A stretch of DNA of 58,780 bases from contig JBIMKD010000236.1 of NCBI GenBank assembly GCA_043673815.1, forward strand, positions 1-58,780, written 5' to 3'. Under the pieces are notes generated by a model that was given only the letters and a program-made list of their open reading frames with translations, did not search any database and was not told the DNA's origin. Positions 1 to 10,222 of this stretch are shown one piece after another (positions within the stretch are counted from its first letter, which is position 1; the number at the start of each line of letters is the position of its first letter). This DNA comes from Chromatiales bacterium (GTDB taxonomy: Bacteria; Pseudomonadota; Gammaproteobacteria; JACCXJ01). The translations under genes and the position numbers were made by a program.

Positions 1-816
1 GCCGCCATGCAATATACCTGTGGCTACTATCCGCGACCGGGGATGAGCTTGGAAGCGGCGCAGATCGCCAAGATGCATCATATCTGCCGCAAGCTACGTC
101 TACAGCCGGGAGAAACCGTGGTCGAGGCCGGGTGTGGTTGGGGCGGCTTCGCGCTCTTCATGGCGCGCACGTACGGGGTGACGGTCACTGCCTATAACCT
201 CTCCAAGGGGCAGATCGAATACGCGCGCAAGCGCGCCGCCGACCAAGGGCTCGCGGAACGCGTGATGTTTATCGAGGACGACTACCGGAATATTCGTGGA
301 GACTACGATGCCTTCGTATCGGTCGGAATGCTGGAGCACGTGGGCGCCGCGCATTATCGGGCGTTCGGATCGGTGATCGATCGCTGCCTGAAGGACCATG
401 GCCGCGGCCTCATCCACTGCATCGGCCGCAACCAGGCCTATCGCGTAAATAGCTGGGTCGAAAAGCGCATTTTTCCGGGGACCTATGCCCCGACCTTGCG
501 GGAGATCATGGAGGTACTCGAACCGTATGCGCTCTCGGTCCTGGACATCGAGAACCTGCGCCTGCACTACGTTCGCACCCTCGGCGATTGGCTCGCACGT
601 TTCGAGCACCACGCCGAGCGCGTGGGTAGCGAGCATGGCGAGGAATTCGTCCGGGCTTGGCGCCTCTATCTCTGCGGTTCCATCGCTTCCTTCACCACCG
701 GCTGGTTGCAAGTATTTCAAGTCGCCTTCAGCCGCCCCGGTCTCAATGATCTGCCCGCCTCGCGCGCGTACCTTTATGCAGCGTCGTCTCCCCACGCCGA
801 CCTTGGGCTACAATAA
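1..816 (+). CDS. Cyclopropane-fatty-acyl-phospholipid synthase family SAM-dependent methyltransferase (5' partial, continues upstream of window)
   Basis: MQYTCGYY...VVEAGCGWGGFALFMA (SAM motif I), SVGMLEHVG and the C-terminal LYLCGSIASF pattern are typical of the Cfa/mycolic acid methyltransferase family. The family N-terminal ~100 aa are missing and the frame is open to base 1. Confidence 0.85.
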   Translation, partial: AAMQYTCGYYPRPGMSLEAAQIAKMHHICRKLRLQPGETVVEAGCGWGGFALFMARTYGVTVTAYNLSKGQIEYARKRAADQGLAERVMFIEDDYRNIRGDYDAFVSVGMLEHVGAAHYRAFGSVIDRCLKDHGRGLIHCIGRNQAYRVNSWVEKRIFPGTYAPTLREIMEVLEPYALSVLDIENLRLHYVRTLGDWLARFEHHAERVGSEHGEEFVRAWRLYLCGSIASFTTGWLQVFQVAFSRPGLNDLPASRAYLYAASSPHADLGLQ

Positions 817-853
817 GAGACGACCAACCGCAACTTTCAAAGGAGAGATTCAG

Positions 854-1273
854 ATGCTACGTACAGTCTTGCTTACCGCGTTCTTTACTCTACTCGGCGT
901 CATTGGCGCCGGCGCACAGGCGGCGGCCGGTTTCAAAGCGACCGAGGTCTTCAAAGGCTCGACGACGATCAAGGGGCAAGCACTCCAATACCCGCAAACC
1001 AGTCAACCGGAGGTCACCGCGCTGCTCGTTGATCTCGAGCCCGGTGGCGAAAGCGATCGCCACCAACACCCCAGCTCCCCCTACATCTACGTCATTGAGG
1101 GTACGTTCACGGTCGAGTTCGACGACGGCACGCGGCAGTCTTTCCAAGCGGGGCAAGGGTTTCTCGAGGCCGTGAACACCTGGCACAAGGCGCGCAACCT
1201 CGGCAACACGCCGCTTACGTTCATGGTCGTATTTACCGGGGAACAAGGGAAATCCAATTTTATCAAGCCGTAA
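854..1273 (+). CDS. Secreted cupin-domain protein
   Basis: ATG at 854 follows AGGAGAG. Signal peptide MLRTVLLTAFFTLLGVIGAGAQA. Cupin-type motifs: GGESDRHQH ... IYVIEG ... NTWHKARNLG. The upstream part of ORF 485..1273 overlaps the cfa-like gene and is rejected. Confidence 0.75.
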   Translation: MLRTVLLTAFFTLLGVIGAGAQAAAGFKATEVFKGSTTIKGQALQYPQTSQPEVTALLVDLEPGGESDRHQHPSSPYIYVIEGTFTVEFDDGTRQSFQAGQGFLEAVNTWHKARNLGNTPLTFMVVFTGEQGKSNFIKP

Positions 1274-1351
1274 CTCGCGGCTCGATGATCGAGCAAGCAC
1301 GGCGCCCCGCTGCAGGCGCCGCGCCTCGGCATCGAGCCGCGGTTGCCGCCG

Positions 1352-3289
<1,938 letters not shown>

Positions 3290-3368
3290 GATGGGCTCCT
3301 CACGAGTTGAACGCGCGCGAAGGATTCGTGGGACAGCGAACTATTATAGTGGCGGTATCTTGATTGGC

Positions 3369-3453
3369 CTAGGCAATCGGCACCGCAGCACTCGCTACGT
3401 TCCTATGATTCCGCCCTAAGCAATTCAACGACGACTGCTTCTAGAAGGCCCAG
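3369..3453. repeat. Solo ~85-nt remnant of an IS terminus (copy 1 of the repeat also found at 23534-23633)
   Basis: 3369-3415 matches 23534-23580 at 44/47 nt by hand alignment. 3418-3453 matches 23598-23633 at 29/36 after a ~15-nt indel. Similarity starts at the same nucleotide (ctaggcaat) in both copies. Confidence 0.6.
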
Positions 3454-3601
3454 CGCCCGTCTAGAACACCCATATTATTAACCGATTACACGCGCCAGCT
3501 CCGTTCTTCCTACCGCTGGCACGCGCCCTGCTCTACTGGGCCCAGGCAAGAAACATTGGCTGTATGTAGAGGATGAAAATAGCCTCCAGGGGTATTACAG
3601 G

Positions 3602-5233
3602 ATGTCCACTTCGACCGGCGCGATGACTATTGACGCGTTCCCCGCCAGCCGCATGCGTAGGGCACTGGGCCTGGCCGTGTCATCGCACTTCAGCCTGCTC
3701 CTGTTGCTTGGGCTATGGCGTCACTCGGGCTACATGAGCTCCGCCTTGGACCTTGGCGTCTTCGACCAGGCGGTCTGGGGGACGTTGCACGGCCAGTGGT
3801 TCCTCAACACGAGTGTTTTCAATATCCCCTTGAACTGGCTCGGGTTTCATTTCAATCCCGTGCTGGTGTTGTTCGCCCCGCTGTACTGGTTCTACCCCGC
3901 CGCCGAGTGGTTCGCGATCGCCCAGGCCCTTGCGCTGTCGATCGCCGCGTGGCCAGTGTTCCTGCTCGCCAGCCGCGTCTGTCAGTCCGAGCGCACGGGC
4001 TTGTTGTGGGCCATTGTTTACCTGATCAATCCCTTTTTGCTTAGTGCGGCCGCCTGGGACTTTCACCCGGTCGCCCTGGCGGTGCCGTTTATAGCCGCCG
4101 GATTCTTGGCGGTTGAGAAGGGCGATGACCGCCTGTTGACCCTGTCTTGCGTTGCGCTCCTCCTGATCCAGGAACAGTTTGGGGTGAGCGTGATCGGGTT
4201 TGGGCTATTGTGGTGGCTAAGACACCGGGGCCGGGGGCTCGCGCTCACGCTCGTAGCGCTAGGCCTGGCCCACTTTTGTCTGGTGCTGGGCGTCGTCATG
4301 CCCGCCCTTTCTCCCTTCGGTGCTCACCCGATGATGACCGAGGAGTTCGGGCAACTGAGCCGCTACCGCTGGCTCGGCAGCACGCTCAGCGAGATGCTCG
4401 GTAACCTGGCCTTGAAGCCGTTGAGCGTACTCCGCACCGTCGCGCTGGAGATGGGCGGGGTGTGGTACCTCGGTATGCTCCTCGCCCCCTTTCTAGGCCT
4501 CTCCCTGATCGCACCGATGTACCTCCTGCCAATCGCAGGGGACCTCGCGGCCAACCTGCTTTCGGCAAATGGCATGCCTCGATCGGTGGCTGCTTATCAC
4601 AGTGCCGCGCTGGTGCCAGTCTTCGTGGTCGCCGCGGTCTATGGCAGCCAGCGCGCAGCCTGCTGGCTCAAGCGTGTGTCGTCGGGCGAGATCGCAGGCC
4701 TCGTGCTCGTCGCCAGCGTCGCGCTCGGCTACCTGGCTGCTCCTCTACCGTTACCAGGAGCCATGAATTTCTGGTCTCCGACGGAGTTCGTACACGGACC
4801 CGACCCGATACTTGACAGGATCAAATCCGCGCTTGGTGACGGCGCCTCGGTATCGGTGCAGGCAAACGCCGGGGCGCATTTCTCGCAGCGGCTCCAGCTC
4901 TATCGCTATCCACAAAAGGTGAGCGAGGTGGATGCTATCGTTCTTCGTCTCGAAAGCCCAACCCACGACTTGCAGCCACAGGATCCCGGATCCGTGGGCA
5001 CACTTGCCCATCACCTCCAGATGCGGCCGGCCGACTACCTTGCTTCTATTGATTGCCTGCTGTCCCGTTGGCAATACGGTGCCGTGCTCTGGGAAGACCC
5101 CTGGCTGGTTCTGCGTCGTGGCGCCGTTCATCAGGCAGCCCTGCTGGAGCTTCGGCAGAAGCTGGATGCATTGCGCGCTGCGTGGCAGGTGAGCGCAGAA
5201 GACCTCAAGGCTGCCCTCCAAAGCTGTGCGTGA
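3602..5233 (+). CDS. Polytopic membrane protein, DUF2079-like (putative GT-C-type glycosyltransferase)
   Basis: 543 aa with many hydrophobic helices. The N-terminal pattern SALDLGVFDQAVWG...HFNPVLVLFAPLYW is recalled from DUF2079 proteins. It has a soluble C-terminal ~150 aa. Confidence 0.65.
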   Translation: MSTSTGAMTIDAFPASRMRRALGLAVSSHFSLLLLLGLWRHSGYMSSALDLGVFDQAVWGTLHGQWFLNTSVFNIPLNWLGFHFNPVLVLFAPLYWFYPAAEWFAIAQALALSIAAWPVFLLASRVCQSERTGLLWAIVYLINPFLLSAAAWDFHPVALAVPFIAAGFLAVEKGDDRLLTLSCVALLLIQEQFGVSVIGFGLLWWLRHRGRGLALTLVALGLAHFCLVLGVVMPALSPFGAHPMMTEEFGQLSRYRWLGSTLSEMLGNLALKPLSVLRTVALEMGGVWYLGMLLAPFLGLSLIAPMYLLPIAGDLAANLLSANGMPRSVAAYHSAALVPVFVVAAVYGSQRAACWLKRVSSGEIAGLVLVASVALGYLAAPLPLPGAMNFWSPTEFVHGPDPILDRIKSALGDGASVSVQANAGAHFSQRLQLYRYPQKVSEVDAIVLRLESPTHDLQPQDPGSVGTLAHHLQMRPADYLASIDCLLSRWQYGAVLWEDPWLVLRRGAVHQAALLELRQKLDALRAAWQVSAEDLKAALQSCA

Positions 5234-5248
5234 GATTAGGAGATTCAT

Positions 5249-5986
5249 ATGCAAGAGCACATATTCCACCGCATGCGTGAAGTCGAAGATCGTCACTGGT
5301 GGTTCGCCGGACGAAGAAAAATCGTGAACCAGGTGCTGTCTGGCCTAAAGCTTCCGCCTAGCCCTCGCATCCTTGAAGTGGGGTGTGGAACAGGAGGGAA
5401 CCTCAAGCTCTTGGCCGCATTCGGCGAAGTCACCGCAGTGGAATGTGATGAGGGCGCGCTGACTACCGCGCGCGCCAGAAACGTGGGGCAGGTGGTAAAG
5501 GGAAGTTTGCCCGATGATCTGCCATTTGCGACCGAACATTTCGATCTCATTGTGCTCCTGGATGTGCTCGAACACGTCGATGACGATGGTGCCAGCCTGA
5601 GTACACTGCATCGGCTGGTTGCCCTGGGCGGATACCTGCTGATCACCGTACCGGCTTTTATGTTTTTGTGGGGCCGGCACGATGTGGAGCACCATCATAA
5701 GCGGCGATACGTAGAAGACGATTTACGCAGACGGGTCGAGCAAGCGCGATTGGCAGTGGAGCATAGTACCTATTTCAACTCCCTGCTGTTCCCTGTCGCC
5801 GTGGCAGTGCGCCTGCTCGACCGCTTGCTGCCGTCGCGGCCCGGCGGCGCGGACCTCGCGCTGCCCAGCGGGGTTGTGAACCGGGCACTGGAGGCCGTTT
5901 TCAGCATCGAGCGCCATTTCGTGACCCGGGGCCACGCTCCCTTTGGCGTTTCGCTTCTCGCCATCGCCCGGAAGGCCAGAGGATGA
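5249..5986 (+). CDS. Class I SAM-dependent methyltransferase
   Basis: ILEVGCGTGGNL (motif I), FDLIVLLDVLEHV (motif II/III region). Start preceded by AGGAG. Confidence 0.85.
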   Translation: MQEHIFHRMREVEDRHWWFAGRRKIVNQVLSGLKLPPSPRILEVGCGTGGNLKLLAAFGEVTAVECDEGALTTARARNVGQVVKGSLPDDLPFATEHFDLIVLLDVLEHVDDDGASLSTLHRLVALGGYLLITVPAFMFLWGRHDVEHHHKRRYVEDDLRRRVEQARLAVEHSTYFNSLLFPVAVAVRLLDRLLPSRPGGADLALPSGVVNRALEAVFSIERHFVTRGHAPFGVSLLAIARKARG

Positions 5987-6132
5987 CGTACGCGATGATC
6001 GGACGGCGCTTCGCGCGTTTCGGACTGGCTGGCCTAATCGCCACACGGGTACATATTGCGATCGTTAGCGCGCTGTGGCGCCGCTCACGGGGACGGTCTG
6101 AACATTTACCGACCGCTAAGGAGGAACAATGA
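5983..6132 (+). CDS. 49-codon ORF resembling only the first TM helix of GtrA-family flippases (possible truncated remnant or small membrane protein)
   Basis: Own translation: MTYAMIGRRFARFGLAGLIATRVHIAIVSALWRRSRGRSEHLPTAKEEQ. The RFxRFGLxGxxxTxVH pattern is the GtrA N-terminus. There are ATGA overlaps with both the upstream stop (5983-5986) and the downstream start (6129-6132). Confidence 0.35.
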   Translation: MTYAMIGRRFARFGLAGLIATRVHIAIVSALWRRSRGRSEHLPTAKEEQ

Positions 6133-7172
6133 CGACGGATGGAGGACAAAACGTGGGCCGCGAACCCGTGGTGCCGATCAACGCAAACCATAGTGCGCTG
6201 CTGTCGGTCGTGGTTCCGGCCTACAACGAAGGCGCGGTGCTCCCGGAATTCCATAAGCGCCTGGGCGCGGTACTGGACGGGCTGGATATGGAGGCCGAGA
6301 TCGTGTTTGTGGACGACGGGAGCATCGATGAGACGGCGAAGGTTCTGCGGCAATTGCGCCAGAGCGACGGCCGCATCGCGATGGTTTCGCTGAGCCGCAA
6401 CTTCGGCAAGGACATCGCCCTGACCGCGGGGCTCGACTTTGCGCGCGGTGATGCGGTCGTTGTGATTGACGCAGACCTCCAGGATCCCCCGGAGCTGATC
6501 CCCGAGCTCATCGGGCATTGGCGCTCCGGCTATGATGTGGTGTATGCCAAGCGGACCGCGCGAGACGGTGAATCGCTTCTAAAGAAGGCGACCGCACATG
6601 CCTTTTACCGGCTAATGCAGCGGGTAAGCCGCGTCGAGATCCCCGAAGACACCGGTGACTTCCGGCTGCTGAGCCGCCGCGCAGTCAATGCGCTGAAACA
6701 GCTCAAAGAGCGGCACCGCTTCATGAAGGGCTTGTTTGCCTGGATCGGCTACGCCCAGAAGGCCGTTGGGTACCGGCGTGATCCACGCTTCGCCGGCGAG
6801 ACCAAGTGGAATTACTGGCGCCTTTGGAACTTCGCCCTCGATGGCATTACTTCTTTCACTACCGGTCCTCTCAAGATCGCCGTCTACACCGGGATGTTCG
6901 TCTCGCTCCTGGCCATCCTGTTCGCCACCTTCATCGTCTACAAGACCCTGGTGTTTGGCGAGCCGGTGCAGGGTTACCCCTCGCTCATGGTGGTGGTCCT
7001 ATTGCTCGGCGGCGTCCAGCTCTTTTCCATCGGGATCATCGGTGAATATCTCGGGCGCATGTTCGATGAGACGAAGAACAGGCCCCTGTATCTCGTCGAT
7101 AGCCACGAGCCTGCGCAAGTGACCGAAACGCCGGCTGCGGCACCTCGCACCTACGCACTCCATGCCTTGTGA
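6129..7172 (+). CDS. GT2 polyprenyl-phosphate glycosyltransferase (GtrB/ArnC-like)
   Basis: LSVVVPAYNEG...VFVDDGSIDET...VVIDADLQDPPE (DXD) and two C-terminal TM helices, the typical bactoprenol glucosyl/Ara4N transferase architecture. Confidence 0.9.
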   Translation: MTTDGGQNVGREPVVPINANHSALLSVVVPAYNEGAVLPEFHKRLGAVLDGLDMEAEIVFVDDGSIDETAKVLRQLRQSDGRIAMVSLSRNFGKDIALTAGLDFARGDAVVVIDADLQDPPELIPELIGHWRSGYDVVYAKRTARDGESLLKKATAHAFYRLMQRVSRVEIPEDTGDFRLLSRRAVNALKQLKERHRFMKGLFAWIGYAQKAVGYRRDPRFAGETKWNYWRLWNFALDGITSFTTGPLKIAVYTGMFVSLLAILFATFIVYKTLVFGEPVQGYPSLMVVVLLLGGVQLFSIGIIGEYLGRMFDETKNRPLYLVDSHEPAQVTETPAAAPRTYALHAL

Positions 7173-7276
7173 TCTGGAGCAGAAATTCGTTACCCCCCGC
7201 CATGGAAGTGCGTACTGGAAATGGAAGGGATACTTGGGCCTACAGACAAAATGTGGCGTGACCTAAGGACCATCTG

Positions 7277-8830
7277 GTGATCACAAACTCGCTGGCGCGA
7301 CCCGCGCGACTCTCGGTGCTCCGTGTGCTGGACTTCCCGAGGCTCGTCTTCGCTATTCTATTTCTCTGGACGCTGTTCGCGATGGACCTCCACGATCCCG
7401 ACTATTATTGGCACCTCAAGGCCGGCGAATACATCCTCACCCATGGTGCCTTACCGGCCGTCGACCCCTTTTCCTACACCTTCCGCGGCGAGCCGTGGGT
7501 TCTCCATGAATGGCTCTTCCAGGTCGTGCTCTACGCTGTGTTTGTCTGGCTGGGGCCGTTCGGCGTCAAGGTCCTGACCGCGTCTCTCGGGACGCTGTCG
7601 GTGTACATCGGCTACGCCGCCGCCGCGCGCCTCCTGAATGGCTCCACCGCGGCGGTCATGCTGGCCATCGCCTGTTTCCCGCTCGCGGCCCTGGGCTTCT
7701 CCCCCCGGCCTCAATTGGTCACTTACGTGTGCTTTGCGGCCTGTCTCTATTGCTTGATCGACTTCAAGTACTTCCAGCGCGACCGCTGGCTCCGGGCGCT
7801 GCCCGTCCTCATGGTCCCCTGGGTGAACAGCCACGGGGGTTATCTCGCCGGGATCGTCCTGCTCGTCCTCTTCGCCTCGTCCGAGTGGCTGATGTATCTC
7901 GTCGGGAAGCGCGCTGATCCTGTATATCGTAATAGATTACTCGTGCTGTCGCTCATCGGCGCGCTGGCGGTGCTTGCGACACTGGCGAACCCCTATTTCA
8001 TCGATCACTGGATATATCCGTTCCAGGTGATGAACATGGACGTGGCGATAGCTTCGATAGCCGAGTGGCAGAGCCCGAATTTTCAGCAGCTCGGCTTCAA
8101 GCTGTACTTGATCCTGGCGCTGGGATTTCTGATCGCCTGGATGTATCGCGGCACCGGCCCCGACCTCACCGAGATCGCCCTGCCGGTGTTCTTCATCGTG
8201 GGGGGGTTCGTGTCGGTCCGGCACATCCCGCTCGCCGCCCTGGCCTTGATCCCTTTCGGCGCTGTGGCCGCTCGCGAGGGTGCATACGCGTCGCTCTACG
8301 CCAGGTGGTTGAACAGCGGCCGACAGCTCGGGGCCGGAGAATACCTGCTCAACTGGGCGATCCTCGCGGGGGTCAGCATCGCGCTACTCGCCGCTTATCC
8401 CCTGAAGCACGCGCGGGCGATGGAGGCGCGGGATGCCATGATCCCCGTCAAGGCCGCGGAGTTCATTCGCAAAGCGGGCATTACCGGCCGCATGTTTAAT
8501 GAATACCGATTCGGGGGATACCTCATTTATCAGTTTTATCCGCGTCAACGGGTCTTCATCGACGGGCGCGCCGATCTCTTTGGAGACCAATTTCTGAAGG
8601 AATATCTGGACATCAACAACGGCGCCGCCGATTGGGACAAGCTCTTCGACAAGCACGGGATTGACTACGTGATCACCCCGCGCGAGGCTCCGCTACGTCA
8701 GCTCCTGCTCGCCCGCGGCGACTTCCGATCCGTATACGAAGACGACAAGAACTCAGTGCTGGTGAAGAACAGCCCGCGCTTCGCCTGGCTGATCGCCCAG
8801 CACGACAAACATCGAGACAAAACGAAGTAA
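7277..8830 (+). CDS. GT-C-like polytopic membrane protein with C-terminal periplasmic domain (putative lipid-linked-sugar transferase)
   Basis: 517 aa, GTG start, about 11 predicted helices. Acidic motif DLHDPDYYWH in the first loop. Soluble C-terminal domain (FNEYRFGGYLIY...FIDGRADLFG) is common in PMT/ArnT-like hypothetical proteins. Confidence 0.6.
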   Translation: MITNSLARPARLSVLRVLDFPRLVFAILFLWTLFAMDLHDPDYYWHLKAGEYILTHGALPAVDPFSYTFRGEPWVLHEWLFQVVLYAVFVWLGPFGVKVLTASLGTLSVYIGYAAAARLLNGSTAAVMLAIACFPLAALGFSPRPQLVTYVCFAACLYCLIDFKYFQRDRWLRALPVLMVPWVNSHGGYLAGIVLLVLFASSEWLMYLVGKRADPVYRNRLLVLSLIGALAVLATLANPYFIDHWIYPFQVMNMDVAIASIAEWQSPNFQQLGFKLYLILALGFLIAWMYRGTGPDLTEIALPVFFIVGGFVSVRHIPLAALALIPFGAVAAREGAYASLYARWLNSGRQLGAGEYLLNWAILAGVSIALLAAYPLKHARAMEARDAMIPVKAAEFIRKAGITGRMFNEYRFGGYLIYQFYPRQRVFIDGRADLFGDQFLKEYLDINNGAADWDKLFDKHGIDYVITPREAPLRQLLLARGDFRSVYEDDKNSVLVKNSPRFAWLIAQHDKHRDKTK

Positions 8831-8896
8831 AGCCGGATCAGCCGTCGTTCCGGCAGGAATTACCGGATTAGCCAGGTACGGGGATGTACCGCGGTA

Positions 8897-8919
8897 GGCT
8901 CCTGAGGAGCCCGTTTTTC
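8897..8919 (+). terminator. Rho-independent terminator after the glycosylation cluster
   Basis: ggctcc-tga-ggagcc hairpin followed by cgttttt. Confidence 0.6.
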
Positions 8920-9004
8920 GTTCTCTCGCCCCGGCAAAGCGGGGGTCACATTACCGTCAGCTCGCTGCCGGCGCGTTGTGAGGAATTCCAGGTTGGCCTC
9001 CGGT

Positions 9005-9593
9005 TCATTCCAGGTGGTCCTTCAACCGGTTGAGCTTGCGGGATAACGTGCGCTCGCTGATGCCGGCGGCATCGGCGGCTTTGCTCCGGTTGCCCCCGTG
9101 TTTCTTCAAGAGCTGTGCGAGGTGTCTGGCTTCCAGCGCATCGAAACTCGTGCTCTGCGTCGTCCAGCTCGCTGTTCTCCATATCGGCTTCAGACTGCGC
9201 GCTGCCCGCATCGAAGATCTCCGGGAGCTGGATATGCTCGGGCCTGATGGTCGCGGCGCAGCATAGGCTAGCGCCGAGGTGCAGGGTGTTCCGTAGCTCA
9301 CGGATACCAGGAAACGGGTACTTCATGAGCTTGGCCAACGCCGCCGGGCTCAGCCCGTAAGTGTTTCCCGTGACCGTGCCGACGCTCTCCAGCAAAGCGT
9401 CGGCGACCAGCGGAATGTCCTCCCGGCGCGTGTGCAATGCCGATAGCTCGATGCGGAATACCCCGACCCGGTAGTAGAGGTCTTGCCGGAAGGCGCCGGT
9501 CCTGACCATGCGCGGAAGATTGCGGTTCGTCGCCCAGACGATGCGGACGTCGGCGTGCAGCGTCAGTTCCCTGGCGGGCCGCGCCGGTTTTCG
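9005..9593 (-). pseudogene. Sigma-54-dependent transcriptional activator, 5'-truncated and frameshifted
   Basis: One frame gives ...ELTLHADVRIVWATNRNLPRMVRTGAFRQDLYYRVGVFRIEL...YPFPGIRELRN (C-terminal half of the AAA+ sigma-54 interaction domain). The Fis-type HTH (LLKKHGGNRSKAADAAGISERTLSRKLNRL) lies in a different frame (ORF 9005..9301). An in-frame stop at 9594-9596 removes Walker A/B and GAFTGA. Confidence 0.7.
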
Positions 9594-9744
9594 CTAGGCG
9601 CAAGCACCGGCAGCTCCGTCTTCGGCAGGCTCCCGACGGAATGTCGAAGGCTCCGGTATTTCTCATTGCAACAGATAGTTATTGCTTCAGGGGCGCCACT
9701 ATTGCGACCGCGAAATACCGCGGCGAATTGGGCCATACGCCGCC

Positions 9745-9760
9745 TGGCACACCCCGTGCT
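9745..9760 (+). promoter_or_regulatory. Candidate sigma-54 (-24/-12) promoter for flp
   Basis: TGGCAC-accccg-TGCT has the exact GG-N10-GC spacing of the TGGCAC-N5-TTGC consensus, with one mismatch in the -12 box. It lies 146 nt upstream of the flp ATG. Confidence 0.45.
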
Positions 9761-9905
9761 ATAGGCCACGCACGGTGAAACAATGCGGTGAAGCCGCAGG
9801 CAAGCGGAGGCAAGAACAAAGCGTTTTACCGGGTAGGTCTAGGAAATGCTCTTGGATATACATCCAGGGCGCAATGGTTAATCAATCGACGAAAGGAGTA
9901 TCAAC

Positions 9906-10091
9906 ATGCGTAATATTACTGCAAACATTAAAGCGTTTCTGCGTGAGGACGAGGGTTTGACGATGGTCGAGTATGCGATCGCCGGTGCACTGATTGCTGT
10001 CGGCGCGGGCATCGCGTTCGGACTCTTGGGAGGAGCGGTCAAGAATCAAGTAAACAAGATGACGAACTGCGTGGGGGGGAACTGCACGTAG
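9906..10091 (+). CDS. flp: Flp-family type IVb pilin
   Basis: 61 aa. Flp motif EDEG/LTMVEYAIAGALIAV (G-XXXXEY processing site) followed by a hydrophobic helix. AGGAG lies 8 nt upstream. Confidence 0.93.
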   Translation: MRNITANIKAFLREDEGLTMVEYAIAGALIAVGAGIAFGLLGGAVKNQVNKMTNCVGGNCT

Positions 10092-10105
10092 TAAACGGAC
10101 AAAGC

Positions 10106-10127
10106 GGGGGTGGCTCCCGCCACCCCC
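10106..10127 (+). terminator. GC-rich hairpin downstream of flp (possible partial terminator/attenuator)
   Basis: gggggtggc-tccc-gccaccccc, a 9-bp perfect stem 15 nt after the flp stop. Only a weak T tract follows. Confidence 0.4.
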
Positions 10128-10222
10128 TATCTCCGCTCACGACTCTCACCTATGTATCCAGTCAATCAACGATAGCCCAATTTTTCCAAGCGGCACACCC
10201 AGGCTACGACAGAACACGAACC

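Noticed and set aside
100-795. 231-aa minus-strand ORF
   Set aside because: It is entirely antisense to the well-supported cfa-like gene and has no recognisable motifs. This is a typical shadow ORF of GC-rich DNA.
9563-9769. Possible further N-terminal relics of the sigma-54 activator (…RNSGAPEAITICCNE… vaguely like the SxxPFvaiNCaA region)
   Set aside because: The similarity is too weak and gapped to claim. The region also contains the candidate flp promoter, so the pseudogene call stops at 9593.
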